From the NCBI GenBank assembly GCA_051294905.1, contig CM119372.1, positions 23,128,001 to 23,192,000 on the forward strand: DNA of 64,000 nt, in the 5' to 3' direction. Position numbers and translations under genes: made by a program. The notes below the pieces were generated by a model. It saw nothing but the letters and a program-made list of their open reading frames with translations, was not told the origin of the DNA and did not search any database. Origin of the DNA: Botryllus schlosseri. Taxonomy: Eukaryota. This document shows, piece after piece, positions 11,356 through 23,675 of the stretch (position 1 is its first letter; every line of letters starts with the position of its first letter).

Positions 11356-13095
11356 GATATTATCGTTAATACCATGATGTAATACTTATCCAAATGTATA
11401 ACATATCCGAAGCAGAGGGCACGCCGTTACATTTTTGGTGTCCTAATTGTCGATTGAAACTGACCGAGAATCGAATTGGACGAAAAGTCGTATTTAACGC
11501 AAAATCATGCGTTTTGATCCTCAAAAAGTACGCAATTTCTCAATTTTTCGATATTATCGTTAATATCATGATGTAATACCTATCCAGATATATGACATAT
11601 CCGAAGCAGAGGGCACGCCGCTATATTTTAGGTGTCCTAATTGTCGATTGAAAATGACCAAAAGTCGAATTGAACGAAAAGTCGTATTTGGCGCAAAATC
11701 GTGCATTTTGATCCTCAAAAAGTACGCAATTTCTCAACTTTTTGATATCATCATTAATATCATGATGTAATTCTTATCCAAATATATAACATATCCAAAG
11801 CAGAGGGCACGCCGTTATATTTTTGGTGTCCTAATTATCGATTGAGACTGAACGAAAATCGAATTTGACGAAAAGTCGTATTTGACACAAAATCATGCAT
11901 TTTGATCCTCAAAAAGTACACAATTTCTCAACTTTTTGATATTATCGTTAATACTATGATGTAATACTTATCCCAATAAATAACATATCCGAAACAGAGG
12001 GCACGCCGTTACATTTTAGGTGTCCTAATTGTCGATTGAAACTGACCGAAAATCGAATTGGACGAGAAGTCGTATTTGACGCAAAATCGTACATTTTGAT
12101 CCTCAAAAAGTACGCAATTTCTCAACTTTTTTATATTATCGTTAATGCCATGATGTAATACTTATCCAGATATATAACATATCCGAAGCAGAGGGCACGC
12201 CGTTATATTTTAGGTGTCCTAATTGTCGATTGAAAATGACCAAAAATCGAATTGAACGAAAAGTCGTATTTGGCGCAAAATCGTGCATTTTGATCCTCAA
12301 AAAGTACGCAATTTCTCAACTTTTTGATATTATCATTAATATCATGATGTAATACTTATCCAAATATATAACATATCCAAAGCAGAGGGCACGCCGTTGT
12401 ATTTTTGGTGTCCTAATTATCGATTGAGACTGACCGAAAATCGAATTTGACGAAAAGTCGTATTTGACACAAAATCATGCATTTTGATCCTCAAAAAGTA
12501 CGCAATTTCTCAACTTTTTGATATTATCGTTAATGCCATGATGTAATACTTATCCAGATATATAACATATCCGAAGCAGAGGGCACGCCGTTATATTTTA
12601 GGTGTCCTAATTGTCGATTGAAAATGACCGAAAATCGAATTTGACGAAAAGTCGTATTTGACGCAAAGTCATGCATTTTGATCCTCAAAAAGTACACAAT
12701 TTCTCAACTTTTTGATATTATCGATAATACTATGATGTAATACTTATCTAGATATATAACATATCCAAAGCAGAAAGCACGCCGTTATATTTTTGGTGTC
12801 CTAATTATCGATTGAGACTGACCGAAAATCGAATTTGACGAAAAGTCGTATTTGACGCAAAATCATGCATTTTGATCCTCAAAAAGTACACAATTTCTCA
12901 ACTTTTTGATATTATCGATAATACTATGATGTAATACTTATCTAGATATATAACATAATCAAAGCAGAGGGCACGCCGTTATATTTTAGGTGTCCTAATT
13001 GTCGATTGAAACTGACCGAAAATCGAATTGGACGAAAAGTCGTATTTGACGAAAAACCATGCGTTTTGATCTTTTAAAAGTAAGCTATTTCATTT
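11356..13095 (-). repeat. Right terminal array, ~9 copies of the 194-bp unit, inverted relative to the left array
   Basis: GCAGAGGGCACGCC recurs every ~194-195 bp and is the reverse complement of GGCGTGCCCTCTGC in the left array. Confidence 0.93.
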
Positions 13096-13559
13096 TTTTG
13101 TTTTTATTGTTTATTGAATAACTTATAAATTGCGGCATTACAGTCGACCTATACCAAACACGAACGTGACGTTGATCGCAATAATCGTAATTATTTATAT
13201 TCTGATGTGCTCAAGACACATAGTTTGCAATGCGATGTAGTTAACAGGCAAGAAGATGTTGCATTTACCTATTATGGTATTTTAATCAAACAACGACTAA
13301 AGCCAATTGGCCGATGTAACAGTGTGGGATAGGCTGTCTTCGTTAAACGTTATTATTTGTTTTTGTTTTTCTGCTCGATATCACATATAATCTTTTGTGG
13401 AGTGTTTCTTCGGGCGTCTTGACGCCGTAAGAAATAGTCAAACTTGGTGGAAGGAACACAAATTAACCTCTGATGCTTCGGCTACAGGCGAGAATCGAAA
13501 TAGGTCCGCCTGCGTAGATTACGTAACGGCTGAAAATTTAGATGCCATAAGGGTCCGTG

Positions 13560-14530
13560 GACATATTAGCATGCGACACAATAGCATGCGACACTTGAGC
13601 ATGCGACACTTGAGCATGGCGACTTTTGGTCATGGCGACTCGTGGGCATGTAGACATATCAGCACAGGGACATATTAACATGAGGACATATTAGCATGGG
13701 GACACATAAGTATAGGGACACACGAGCATGGATACACGTGAGCATCGGGACACATCAACATGGTGACAATTTAATAAGTGCCACTTGAGCATGGTGACAC
13801 ATGAGCATGCGATACATGAGCCTTGACGACACATGAGCATGGGTACACAAGAGCATGGGCACACATGCGCATATGGACACATGGGCATGGGGGCATAAGA
13901 GCAAAGGTGCACATGAGCATGGGGTCATGTACGCATGCGACACTTCAGCATGCGACACGTCTACATGCAGACACTTGAGCATGCGACACGTGGATATGCA
14001 GACACTTGAGCCTGCGACACTTGAGCATGCGACCCTTGAGCATGGGACAGTTGAGCATGCGACACTTGAGCATGCGACAGTTGAGCATGCGACACTTGGG
14101 CATGCGACATTTGGGCATGGGACATTTGAGCATGCGACACAATAGCAAGCGACTCTTGAGCATTCGACACTTGAGCATGCGACATTTGGGCATGGGACAT
14201 TTGAGCATGCGACACAATAGCAAGCGACTCTTGAGCATGCGACACTTGAGCATGCGAAACTTGGCGACACTTGGGCATGCGACACTTGGGCATGCAACAC
14301 TTGGGCATGCGACACTTGGGCATGCGACACTTGGGCATGCGACACTTGGGCATGCGACACTTGGGCATGTGGTCATGCTACACTTGGGCATGCGACACTT
14401 GGGCATGCGACACTGGAGCATGCGACACTTGGGCATGTGGTCTTGCTACACTTGGGCATGCGACACTTGAGCATGCGACAGTTGGGCATGCGACATTTGG
14501 GCATGCGACAGTTGGGCATGTGACCATATA
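13560..14530 (+). repeat. Left subterminal 15-bp array (CTTGGGCATGCGACA)n
   Basis: Direct tandem repeats visible; they produce spurious HATLG/MRHLG ORFs. Confidence 0.92.
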
Positions 14531-16000
14531 TTAGCGCGTAACCAATTTGATTGCCGCGCGAGGAAAGTGGCAAATTGATTGAGTGGGTGGGTGCATGGTC
14601 TGTGACTATATGGATTTGTCTGAAAAGCTCCAAAGATCGGGGTAAAGCGATAAAGGTTGTCATTGCTCCACATATATTAGAATCGTTTACACCAGATGAA
14701 CTAAAAGGATATATCCTTTCGTGAGACGAAAGCAATTCCAAATTCGCAATTCGACACGGGACTTATTATTTTATTTTGTGGGTCTCAATTTATACGTGAG
14801 GTTCAAGCTGCGAGCGCTGGTCTTTTCGGCGCCTGGACAGTGGTCATATCAATGTTGAACATTTTGGTCAACATGTGGCGGTTATTTTATTTCAAGGTTT
14901 TATCGCCGTCAGTACCTACAAGGAGTCGCGTGTTGCCCGAAACGTGGGTCTCGTGGTGTGAAAATGCCAAACGCCGAAATGCCAGTCGATCTCGAAATAC
15001 GGCGTTTGAGCAAGCGTTTTCCGAGTCAAGCCGTGGGCAGACTCAAGGCCTTACTCATTCCCTTTTTTACGGTTTGGCCCTGAATATATTGCGGAAATTG
15101 CGCTGTGAGCATGTTTGGTGCCTGCATTCAGAATTTCAACTGTAATATATAGCACCGTTATAAGATGGAAATCATGTTCTAGCGCCGTATGGCTTCATCG
15201 TTGGCTGCGTAGGCTATTCCCAAATCGGCGGACATTTTTCACCAGAAAGGTATCCGATGGATTCGCAAAATCGGTTAATTCCTCTCAACGCTCTGTTTGA
15301 TCACTTAATATAAAACGCAGCGATTATGTACAAACGAATGGACGATGACTGTTACTGAAAAACCACACACAAGCTGTTGTCTACAATAGCGATCCTCCAA
15401 TCCTAACAAGAACCGAATCTTCGGCGATGCGGACAAATGCAATACACGATGGTAGATGACCTGGCGCTTTATGAATGTACGCAATGTTAGATCATCGCAA
15501 TACAGTTGATAAAACCGTCCGTCCCTTTGTATGGCGGAAATATCAACAACGCGGTACCAATACCCATCATCAGTAATCCAATAAATAGCTTGTGCTTATG
15601 CCTTAAAACTTCAGGATGAAGTCTGGTGTCTCATTATTGAAAATATTTGCTTTGGCTACTACAGTATGTCAAATAGTCATGTTATTGAGCGGTGTTATTT
15701 CGTCTATACATCCAGCGTATAATTCTAATATAATGTGTTGACGTAATTGAAGGCAATATTAGGCAACCAACATCATACCCAGACCCGCGGATTGCAAGAT
15801 CGCGAGCAATTAACAAAACCGCAGACGTCTGCAAGCAATCATCAAGCTGTCTAATCTATCGAGTAAAGACTCGAAACCGAACAACGCTCGAAATCCTACC
15901 CGAATACCAAATGATCTCTCGTATCTTGGAGTTGTATAGTTGTAGTAAAATTTGCTTTGATTAGCGTTCGGTTGGCGCTATTCATAGTTGGAGCAGCAAC

Positions 16001-17458
16001 ATGTCGGAATACCGGGTTTTTACTTCTACAAAAGGAAAACCAAAACTTGCGTACCATGGATATTCTTACCGCCGAAGCAATCAAAATATCAATTCTACCA
16101 ACTGGCGATGTGATTTTAGAGGCTGTAAAGGCAGCATAGCGACTTCAAGAGACTACATAACTTGTCGTCAGGCGGTAAACGTATTACAACAGCATTGTCA
16201 CGTTCCAGATCCTGCTAGAATAGAGGCACTATTGCTGAAAGATGAAATAAAGGTGGCTGCATCTGTTGCTAATGATGCTCCAAGGCGCATACTTGGTCAA
16301 ATGCTAGCGGGAGTTTCCGAGGAAGCCGCCTCCAAGACACCACAGAGGAAGAGTCTCTCAAGGATGATTCAGAGACACAGGCATCGAAAAGGTGGATTTG
16401 AACCGGCGCCCTCGTCGAATGATTTTGTTATCCCGGAGAGATATAAAACGGTGTCACATGGCTCGGATGAAGTGGCATTTCTTCTGCATGACGACTTCGA
16501 CTTGACTGCAGAGGAGCAATGCAGTCCTCATAGAGCTATCGTATTTGCATCACGGTACATGCTTAACACACTGCAACAATCCTCCACATGGATGCTTGAT
16601 GGTACATTCAAAGTTGCGCCTTCCCAGTTCTATCAGTTCTTCACGATTCATGCTGTACTTGATGACTATGTTGTTCCTTGTGTTTACGCTCTTCTTCCCA
16701 ACAAGAGGTCAGAGACATATAGAAGATTGTTCAAAATATTGAAAGCCAATCAGAACGGTCTTCAACCGCAGCACGCCGTGATCGATTTTGAAATAGCTTC
16801 CAAGAATGCACTGGAAGGCGAGTTCCCTGGGATCAAAGTTAGTGATTGCTACTTTCATTTATGCCAGTCCATCTGGCGGAGTGTTCAGAGGTTCGGCATC
16901 AGTGAACAGTATACCTGCAACAACGACGTCCGCAAATACGTTAAAATGCTTTGTGCTCTAGCATTTTTACCTCTTGACGAAGTGGTCGCTGGATACGACG
17001 AACTGAATTTAAAGATACAAGAAGCAGAACTACCAGAAGGGTTGAGTCATCTTTATCAATACTTTGAAGATTGCTATATTGGCCGACAAAACGTCGGAAC
17101 TGCTGATAGAAGTAAATCCAAATTTGAGATATCAATGTGGAATGTAAAGGATAGAACTGAATCCGGCATTCCAAGAACCAACAACAGGTTGGAGGGATGG
17201 CACAGCGGCATCCAAAGACATTTCGACTGTGACCATCCCTCGATTTGGAGATTTTTGCAAGCTTTGAAGCAGGAGGAGATGATGCAATACCTTCTGCTTC
17301 AACAACGGATCGCTGGCATGCCTGCACCACCTACCGAAAAGCGATATCGTGAGCTTAATCTCAGACTTGAACGACTTATTCAGTCATACAAAAATCAAAG
17401 TATGACGCGAATGGAATTTGTTCAGGGAGTAGCCTTCAACATCAGCCTATGTGTTTGA
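16001..17458 (+). CDS. FLYWCH-MULE transposase, 485 aa, uninterrupted
   Basis: FLYWCH-like KGKPKLAYHGYSY..WRC...C...H.H; DDE core WMLDGTFK, VIDFE, CYFH, RTNNRLEGWH. Confidence 0.95.
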   Translation: MSEYRVFTSTKGKPKLAYHGYSYRRSNQNINSTNWRCDFRGCKGSIATSRDYITCRQAVNVLQQHCHVPDPARIEALLLKDEIKVAASVANDAPRRILGQMLAGVSEEAASKTPQRKSLSRMIQRHRHRKGGFEPAPSSNDFVIPERYKTVSHGSDEVAFLLHDDFDLTAEEQCSPHRAIVFASRYMLNTLQQSSTWMLDGTFKVAPSQFYQFFTIHAVLDDYVVPCVYALLPNKRSETYRRLFKILKANQNGLQPQHAVIDFEIASKNALEGEFPGIKVSDCYFHLCQSIWRSVQRFGISEQYTCNNDVRKYVKMLCALAFLPLDEVVAGYDELNLKIQEAELPEGLSHLYQYFEDCYIGRQNVGTADRSKSKFEISMWNVKDRTESGIPRTNNRLEGWHSGIQRHFDCDHPSIWRFLQALKQEEMMQYLLLQQRIAGMPAPPTEKRYRELNLRLERLIQSYKNQSMTRMEFVQGVAFNISLCV

Positions 17459-19109
17459 ATTGAAATATGAACCGCTGGATAAGATATTGTGATTAGAGAT
17501 TAGCAGATGTTTCGTTGTCAGTGATGATATTTTGGTCTTTTCAGCAAAAATTGAGAGAAACGGCTTTACTGTGATGCATTTTCATTTGCACAAATTGATA
17601 GAAACGGCTTTACTGTGATGCATTTTCATTTGCACATTTCTTTTGTGTTAGACTGTGTCAAATATATGTTGGTATGACATAGTACTATCGTAGGTATTGA
17701 AGCAGAAATTGTCAGGAAAGGTCACAGTACACTTGTAGAGGGTCATACTTCCCATGTAATGGCTTAGGGCTACTGGAGAACAGTGTGACGAAGTAGGTCT
17801 GTATTTCTATGACATGCGGTGAGGTTGAGGTAGACTCTTTTAGTTCGATTCAAAACATTTAAACCTTGATCGAATTAAACCATGTTATACTAGCTCTACT
17901 TAGCCAGGGTTAGGCGCGAAAGTCCTCTAAAACATTTCCACACAACCTGCTGAACGGTATAGCCGCGAGTAGCCTGGGCTATGTATGGGAAGTTTCGTTC
18001 AGCCGAAACTTGATCACAGGTCACGCGGCGGTTTACCCATAGTAGTAGTTAGTTGAGATATACCAAATAATGTAACAGTTATTGAGGATTGGAGACTTTA
18101 AGCCATCAGGCCTACTTACTAAAGCTTTCGCAGATGTGAAATGCGTTTAGAACAGTGGTTCCCAGCAACCTATTTGGATGTCGGAGCAGTGTTGCAAACT
18201 TCGGAGTACCTATATGGAGCCGCATGAAAACACTCGCGAAGCCTATACTTATAAAGAAAATTTAATGGTATAGCTATAGCCTACCTCTGGATCTCACCGT
18301 CCAGCTAATTCAAAGGCATGTACGATGCACATATAGACTTCTATAGATGCTATATCGGTTGTTTTAGCATTGCTAGATAAAGACTGGCGAGTGCTATACA
18401 TTGAAATATACTAAAAATGCATATCATCACTACAGTATACTATATATAACGTTATGTAATACCTCTTCATACATTCCAGCAGTTAATGCACAAGTTTGAT
18501 TGGGATTGTACGCTGAGTAATATTGGTAATATTGCAATTTATACTTGACTATCAGCCGATACTTTGATGCCAGTAAAATTGTGTCGAAAGTTACTCTTCA
18601 CAGAGACAATCTGTAAAGGTCTATGACCATCAGAACTCAGAATATATCATTTTCTGACGGGTATAAATCCATGGTTTCGACGCTATTCTGCAAAAATTCT
18701 CTTTCTCCGTTTTCAGAAGAGGCCTTTGGCAAACATCAGCAACTGTTTATAATATTTTAGTGGCATATTCAGGGGTCTATCAGAGCCGCAAGAAGGTTAG
18801 CCGGGTTAGAAATCACTGGTTTAGAATCTACTTTCAGAACAAACGCTATATCCAGTATCGTGGCGTCCCCGCATCGACAACAAACTTCATTCTGCATGGG
18901 TATGCACATGCACACTGCACAGTCTTGTGATGTGCAGGATTGAAATATACAGACTGCAATTTCCACTGATGTCATGTTTCACTAACCGCAGACGAAGCTA
19001 GCCGTGAAATCGAGTTATTTTATTTATTAATAAAAGCATGTTGTGGTGCTTATAACAGCGTGGTTTTTTGCACCACGTGACAACAAATTCCATCACTAAC
19101 ACAAGCTAA

Positions 19110-19820
19110 CTTGCTCAAGTGTCACATGCTCAAGTGACGCATGCTAAAATGTGGCACATGCTAAAATGCGGCACGCTCAAGTGTCGCATATGCTCAAGTG
19201 TCGCATGCTCAATTGTCGCATGCCCAAGTGTCGCATGCCCAAGTGTCGCATGCACAAGTGTCGCATGCCCAAGTGTCGCATGCCCAAGTGTCGCATGCCC
19301 AAGTGTCGCATGCCCAAGTGTCGCATGCCCAAGTGTCGCATGCCCAAGTGTCGCATGCCCAAGTGTCGCATGCCCAAGTGTCGCATGCCCAAGTGTCGCA
19401 TGCCCAAGTGTCGCATGCTCAAGTGTCTGATGCCCAAGTGTCGCATGCGCAAGTATCCGCATGCTCATTTGTCACCATGCTAATATGTCACCATGCTAAT
19501 ATGTCACCATGCGCAAGTGTTAACATGCTGAAGTGTCCTAATCGTTATGTGCCCCCATGCTCACGTGTTACCATGCCCATATGTAACCATGTTCATTAGT
19601 CCCCATGCGAATGTGTAACCATGCTCAAGTGTCGCACGCTAAACTGTCCCCATGCCCATGTGTCCCCTTGCTCATATTTCACCATGCTCATATGTCCCCA
19701 TGCGCATGTGTCCCCATGCTCATGTGTCCCTATGCTCATGTGTTACCATGCTTATGTGTCCCCATGCTGTAGTGTCGCATGCTCAACTGTCGTTTTGCAT
19801 TGTGTCGCATGCTCATATGT
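19110..19820 (-). repeat. Right subterminal 15-bp array (TGTCGCATGCCCAAG)n
   Basis: Reverse complement of the left array unit. Confidence 0.92.
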
Positions 19821-20469
19821 CGGGCAACCGCCATAAGTACTACCTGGTGGTTGTAAAATGAAGCACTTCTTCAAGTTTCGATTATATATTGTATTGATCA
19901 TACCGTTTGCGCCATTTATTGATAAAACTCGTGTGTTTCAGTTCGTTTGCACCCAAATCTGTCGCGAAATTGTTTTTCCGGTTATAACATTTGATTTTAG
20001 CACAAGTGAATCATTTCGACAATAATGACTCCGCGATTTCCGAAATATGACGTAAGCATTTTCTGGCAGAATCACAGTGGTCTCACCTCCGTAGGTATAG
20101 GTTAGTTATCTAAAATAATAATAGTGAGTGTTGATGATGATAAATAAAAGCTGGTTAACTTTATTTATTTAAAATGGATACAGTGGATTTGTGAAACATG
20201 GAGTTCTCTTATTGATGAATGCATTACTATATGTAGCTTACAGTTGGCTTGTAATCTATGACTTACTTATATTATATGGCGGTAGACGGTCAATATTGTA
20301 CGTTGTCAAGTTGTTTATTTTGAAGCACGAGCAAGATCAAGATTGACATACCGAACAAAAACGGGTATCCATCATGAGTATCGCCGACTTAACTGAATTT
20401 TATACATTTTCATTTCACAGTTACAAAGCATTTGCAACGAATGTTTTGGCACCTCAATGTTAATGACTA

Positions 20470-21040
20470 TAGGGCAAGTTTTTGTTGCAGTCACATCCGT
20501 GGAAAGTTGCATTTATTTTTCACAAAAGTTGCAGTAAAAAGTTGCATTTATTTTTTCACAAAGTTGCACTAAAAGGTTGCATTTATGGACAAGTTCCTTG
20601 AAATTATTAGGGTATGAGAATGAGATACTCGAATCGATCTGTATCCAAGGCATTGTAGGAAAACTCAGTGTTGACGACTTCAACAAAATCAATAGCACGA
20701 AAAAATTGATCCAGTGAAAATCTATTTTTCGGCGGTCTAGCATGAATGTACGTCAAATCAGAAAGGACCTCAAATTTTAACGACAGTGAAATAATGAAGC
20801 CATCTATTTACATATAGTACCAAATATTTCCAGTATAAAGTTATAGTTGCATGGAAAATCAAAAAAGTTGCAAAAAGTTTCACGAAAAATCGAAAAAGTT
20901 ACCGGTATACTAAAAGTTGAATGAAAAACATGGAGAAAAGTTGCAAAAAGAATCCTCCAAACAGCTTAAAACACCATACTACATAACTTATGAGTAGCCT
21001 ATTTAGGAAGCTGTAAAAACAGTTGCAAAAACTTGCCCTA
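20470..21040. mobile_element. hAT-type MITE (TIR TAGGGCAAGTTTTTG)
   Basis: TAGGGCAAGTTTTTG...CAAAAACTTGCCCTA, AAAGTTGCA repeats, near-TSD TAATGAC on both sides. Confidence 0.8.
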
Positions 21041-21851
21041 GTAATGACTCTATCCTTCTTGATCAGATTTGATAACTTCTTAATAAACAAATACCGGTAT
21101 ATAGATAGTAATGAACTAATGAGACATCACTGGGTATCAAATTCTGTCGTCATTTACACACCAATGCGACCAGGCCTATATGAGTTTGGTTAGGATTTCT
21201 GATCACTGAACCGCTTACACTACAGTGGATAGAAAACTGCATGTGCATCACATTAAATGTTATGGAATTCAATAAGGCTGTTAAACGGCTCATTTGTCAG
21301 ATTTTGTGAGTTATGTCAATGCGGAGTAATTCGAAATGACGACAATAGCTCATTACAATAAACCAATTGGTGATGAAAAGATGAAAAATTTTTGTCTATG
21401 CTATCAGAGCACAAGCTGTTGAAGGCATCCCCTCAAAAAAGCTTTTATAACAAAGCATAGCCTTTTTTTCCATACTACTGAATATGGTTGCGGGCTAGCT
21501 GCCAGACCCCAGATTAACGACGAGATAGTGTAGTCCTTCTTTCGGCACTCTGAAATTGTGTGGAGACGAAAAATATAATAGTGCTTTCAACTCGAAAATC
21601 TCATTGTCGAAGCAGTTGGACTGTGTACATGGGAATGCAATGCCTACTTTGCCAATCACACTTGCAGGTTGCAACTATAGTCTTGATGATATTGATATGC
21701 AGAGTCATGGAATGCATTCATAATAATATTATAGGCTATCATAAATTACTGCGCTAACATGAATCACCCCACTTGATTCTATCAATCAGATATATTTAAA
21801 TCCATACTTATTGCTGGATATTATAATCTGCGATGTAGCTCCCTCATAGGC

Positions 21852-23675
21852 ATGCATAAAGACACAAAATCCAGCAATCCACTATTCTGCAATAAGCCGG
21901 ATTTCAACAGTAGCAAGTTCGTCTTGCTGGGCCGACTTAGATATACTGTACAGCGTCTTGTCAGCTACACTGACTGCATTAAACATCACAACTGGAATCA
22001 CACAGGAGTAATTGAAGTTATCGATATACTGGACAGCATTTTTACTCACGGCCTGCTCTCGGGATATGGAAGAAAGCGAGATATCAGATATCCTGGATTT
22101 TTGACCGTTTTACAGTGGTGTCTTGAATCCAGCGGAGACGCCGGTAATCAAAGGTCAGCCATACAAGATATTCAACAAAGCCTGTGTTTGTGCAGCGGAG
22201 ACGCGATAATCGAGGGGGTTACTATTCTCATCAACGAGATCCCCTTGAATGCAATCATCAACCTTCTTGAAGGTTCTGATCCGATAAGTCAGAACTACAC
22301 GACAGATGCTTTCATGACAAGCGAAATTTGTGGCAGTGGTTTGTTAACGTGCCTGAAAGCGGTACATCTAAAGTCATCAAGGACTTTGGCGGAAGTACCG
22401 TTCTTCACACTGAAATACAGCTTTTCGACGTCATTACAGGTTACTGACGAACGTATTCACGTCTCTACGCAATATCATTCGACGAGCGCGGCGGATGAAG
22501 ACTGCAAAGTAGCTGATTCGTCGTTACCGGATGTTGTGGCTTGTACCAAGCTGCTGGATACACATGAATCAGATGGCAATTGCAGCGTAGAGTTGGAAAA
22601 ACATGAAAATTTGGCTGAACCTAACATTAGCGGCGACGGCGAAGAAATCTACGATACCTGTGATATTCAAGATCGAGAATCGAGCGAAGAGGATGATACT
22701 CACGAAAACGCCCAGCTTCATCTGAGCGAGCTGCTTATCACTGTCATACAAGGCAGAAACTGCGGTATGTCAAATCCGGATTTACTGGAATGCGTTGACA
22801 AAGTAGTGCCCGGGATGACAGACGGCACTGGTGAAGCTTTGATGCAACAAGCCCCGTTTTCCATCAAAAACTACTGTGACGGAAATGTTCGGAGCGAATC
22901 AAATGCGTCCCGGTTTTCGGATTTCAGCGATGCACAGTCGGCCGCTTTGGATAACGGTAAACTAGAGTGGTTTATTCCTTCTGACGACGTTCCGCAGAGT
23001 CTGCTTCCTGTTCCTGACATGGGAAAGTTGATTTCTAATCCTACATTACATCCACACGAGAGAATTGACACGGAATTGGACTTGACACCTATCGTTAATT
23101 TGCCGGATCATACGTTACCGAGAAAACAGGCTCTCGCTTCTCAGAAATATAAATGCTTCGGGTGCGGACTTTGTCTTCAAGATTGCCGTCGTGGTTTCAA
23201 CCGCTGCGAGCTCTTCAATTCTTATTTTTGCCATACGTGCCACGATAATCGTACGAAAAGAATTCTACCGGCCCGCGTTTTTCATATGTTCGATTTTAAG
23301 CGCTACAAGGTGTGTAAAGTTGCAAGTGTTTTACTCGATGAATTACACTGTGAACCGTTATTTGATATCGAAAAAATCAACCCGAGCATCTATGGCAAAA
23401 GCAGAAGTCTCCTACGGTGCCTGGAGTTGAGGAAAACTGGTTCCAGACTGCTGAAGAAGATCGAATCTTGTCCATTGCCATGGCAGTCTCAAGACACTGT
23501 CTTGATGGAAAGTTTGAACTGCTTGCCATTACACATGCTCAGAAGCGCGCCGTCAGTGTATTCTGTGTCGGATTTGATTCATGTCAAAGGCGGTGTAATC
23601 TTGAAGCAGTTGAATTCGTTTGTGAAGGAGTGTACGAGCCATGTTGAAACTTGCAATCTTTGTTCTAAATCTTGA
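21852..23675 (+). CDS. RUBCN: Rubicon-family protein (RUN domain + Rubicon-homology/DUF4206 domain), 607 aa, single coding exon
   Basis: N-terminal LGRLRYTVQRLVS..SIFTHGL; Rubicon-like LEWFIPSDDVPQSLLPVPD; RH domain QKYKCFGCG, YFCHTCH, ILPARVFHMFDFKRYKV, HVETCNLC. Confidence 0.82.
   Translation: MHKDTKSSNPLFCNKPDFNSSKFVLLGRLRYTVQRLVSYTDCIKHHNWNHTGVIEVIDILDSIFTHGLLSGYGRKRDIRYPGFLTVLQWCLESSGDAGNQRSAIQDIQQSLCLCSGDAIIEGVTILINEIPLNAIINLLEGSDPISQNYTTDAFMTSEICGSGLLTCLKAVHLKSSRTLAEVPFFTLKYSFSTSLQVTDERIHVSTQYHSTSAADEDCKVADSSLPDVVACTKLLDTHESDGNCSVELEKHENLAEPNISGDGEEIYDTCDIQDRESSEEDDTHENAQLHLSELLITVIQGRNCGMSNPDLLECVDKVVPGMTDGTGEALMQQAPFSIKNYCDGNVRSESNASRFSDFSDAQSAALDNGKLEWFIPSDDVPQSLLPVPDMGKLISNPTLHPHERIDTELDLTPIVNLPDHTLPRKQALASQKYKCFGCGLCLQDCRRGFNRCELFNSYFCHTCHDNRTKRILPARVFHMFDFKRYKVCKVASVLLDELHCEPLFDIEKINPSIYGKSRSLLRCLELRKTGSRLLKKIESCPLPWQSQDTVLMESLNCLPLHMLRSAPSVYSVSDLIHVKGGVILKQLNSFVKECTSHVETCNLCSKS

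Larger units (their letters stand above)
2871..13095 (+). mobile_element. Rehavkus/FB-NOF-like foldback Mutator-superfamily DNA transposon; left end truncated, true termini not defined
   Basis: Inverted terminal arrays of a 194-bp unit enclose a NOF-like DDE transposase polyprotein with PHD, Ulp1 and USP domains. Confidence 0.85.
13552..19829 (+). mobile_element. Full-length Phantom-like MULE DNA transposon with 15-bp-repeat subterminal TIRs
   Basis: Ends GGTCCGTGGACATATTAGCATGCGACACAA / TTGTGTCGCATGCTCATATGTCGGGCAACC. TSD GCCATAAG at 13544-13551 and 19830-19837. Internal transposase ORF. Confidence 0.92.

Noticed and set aside
13691..14741. Many overlapping ORFs with HATLG/MRHLG/VACPS repeats, superficially like a CRISPR array or repeat protein
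   Set aside because: Pure 15-bp tandem repeat without unique spacers; it is the subterminal array of the MULE element, mirrored at 19110-19820.
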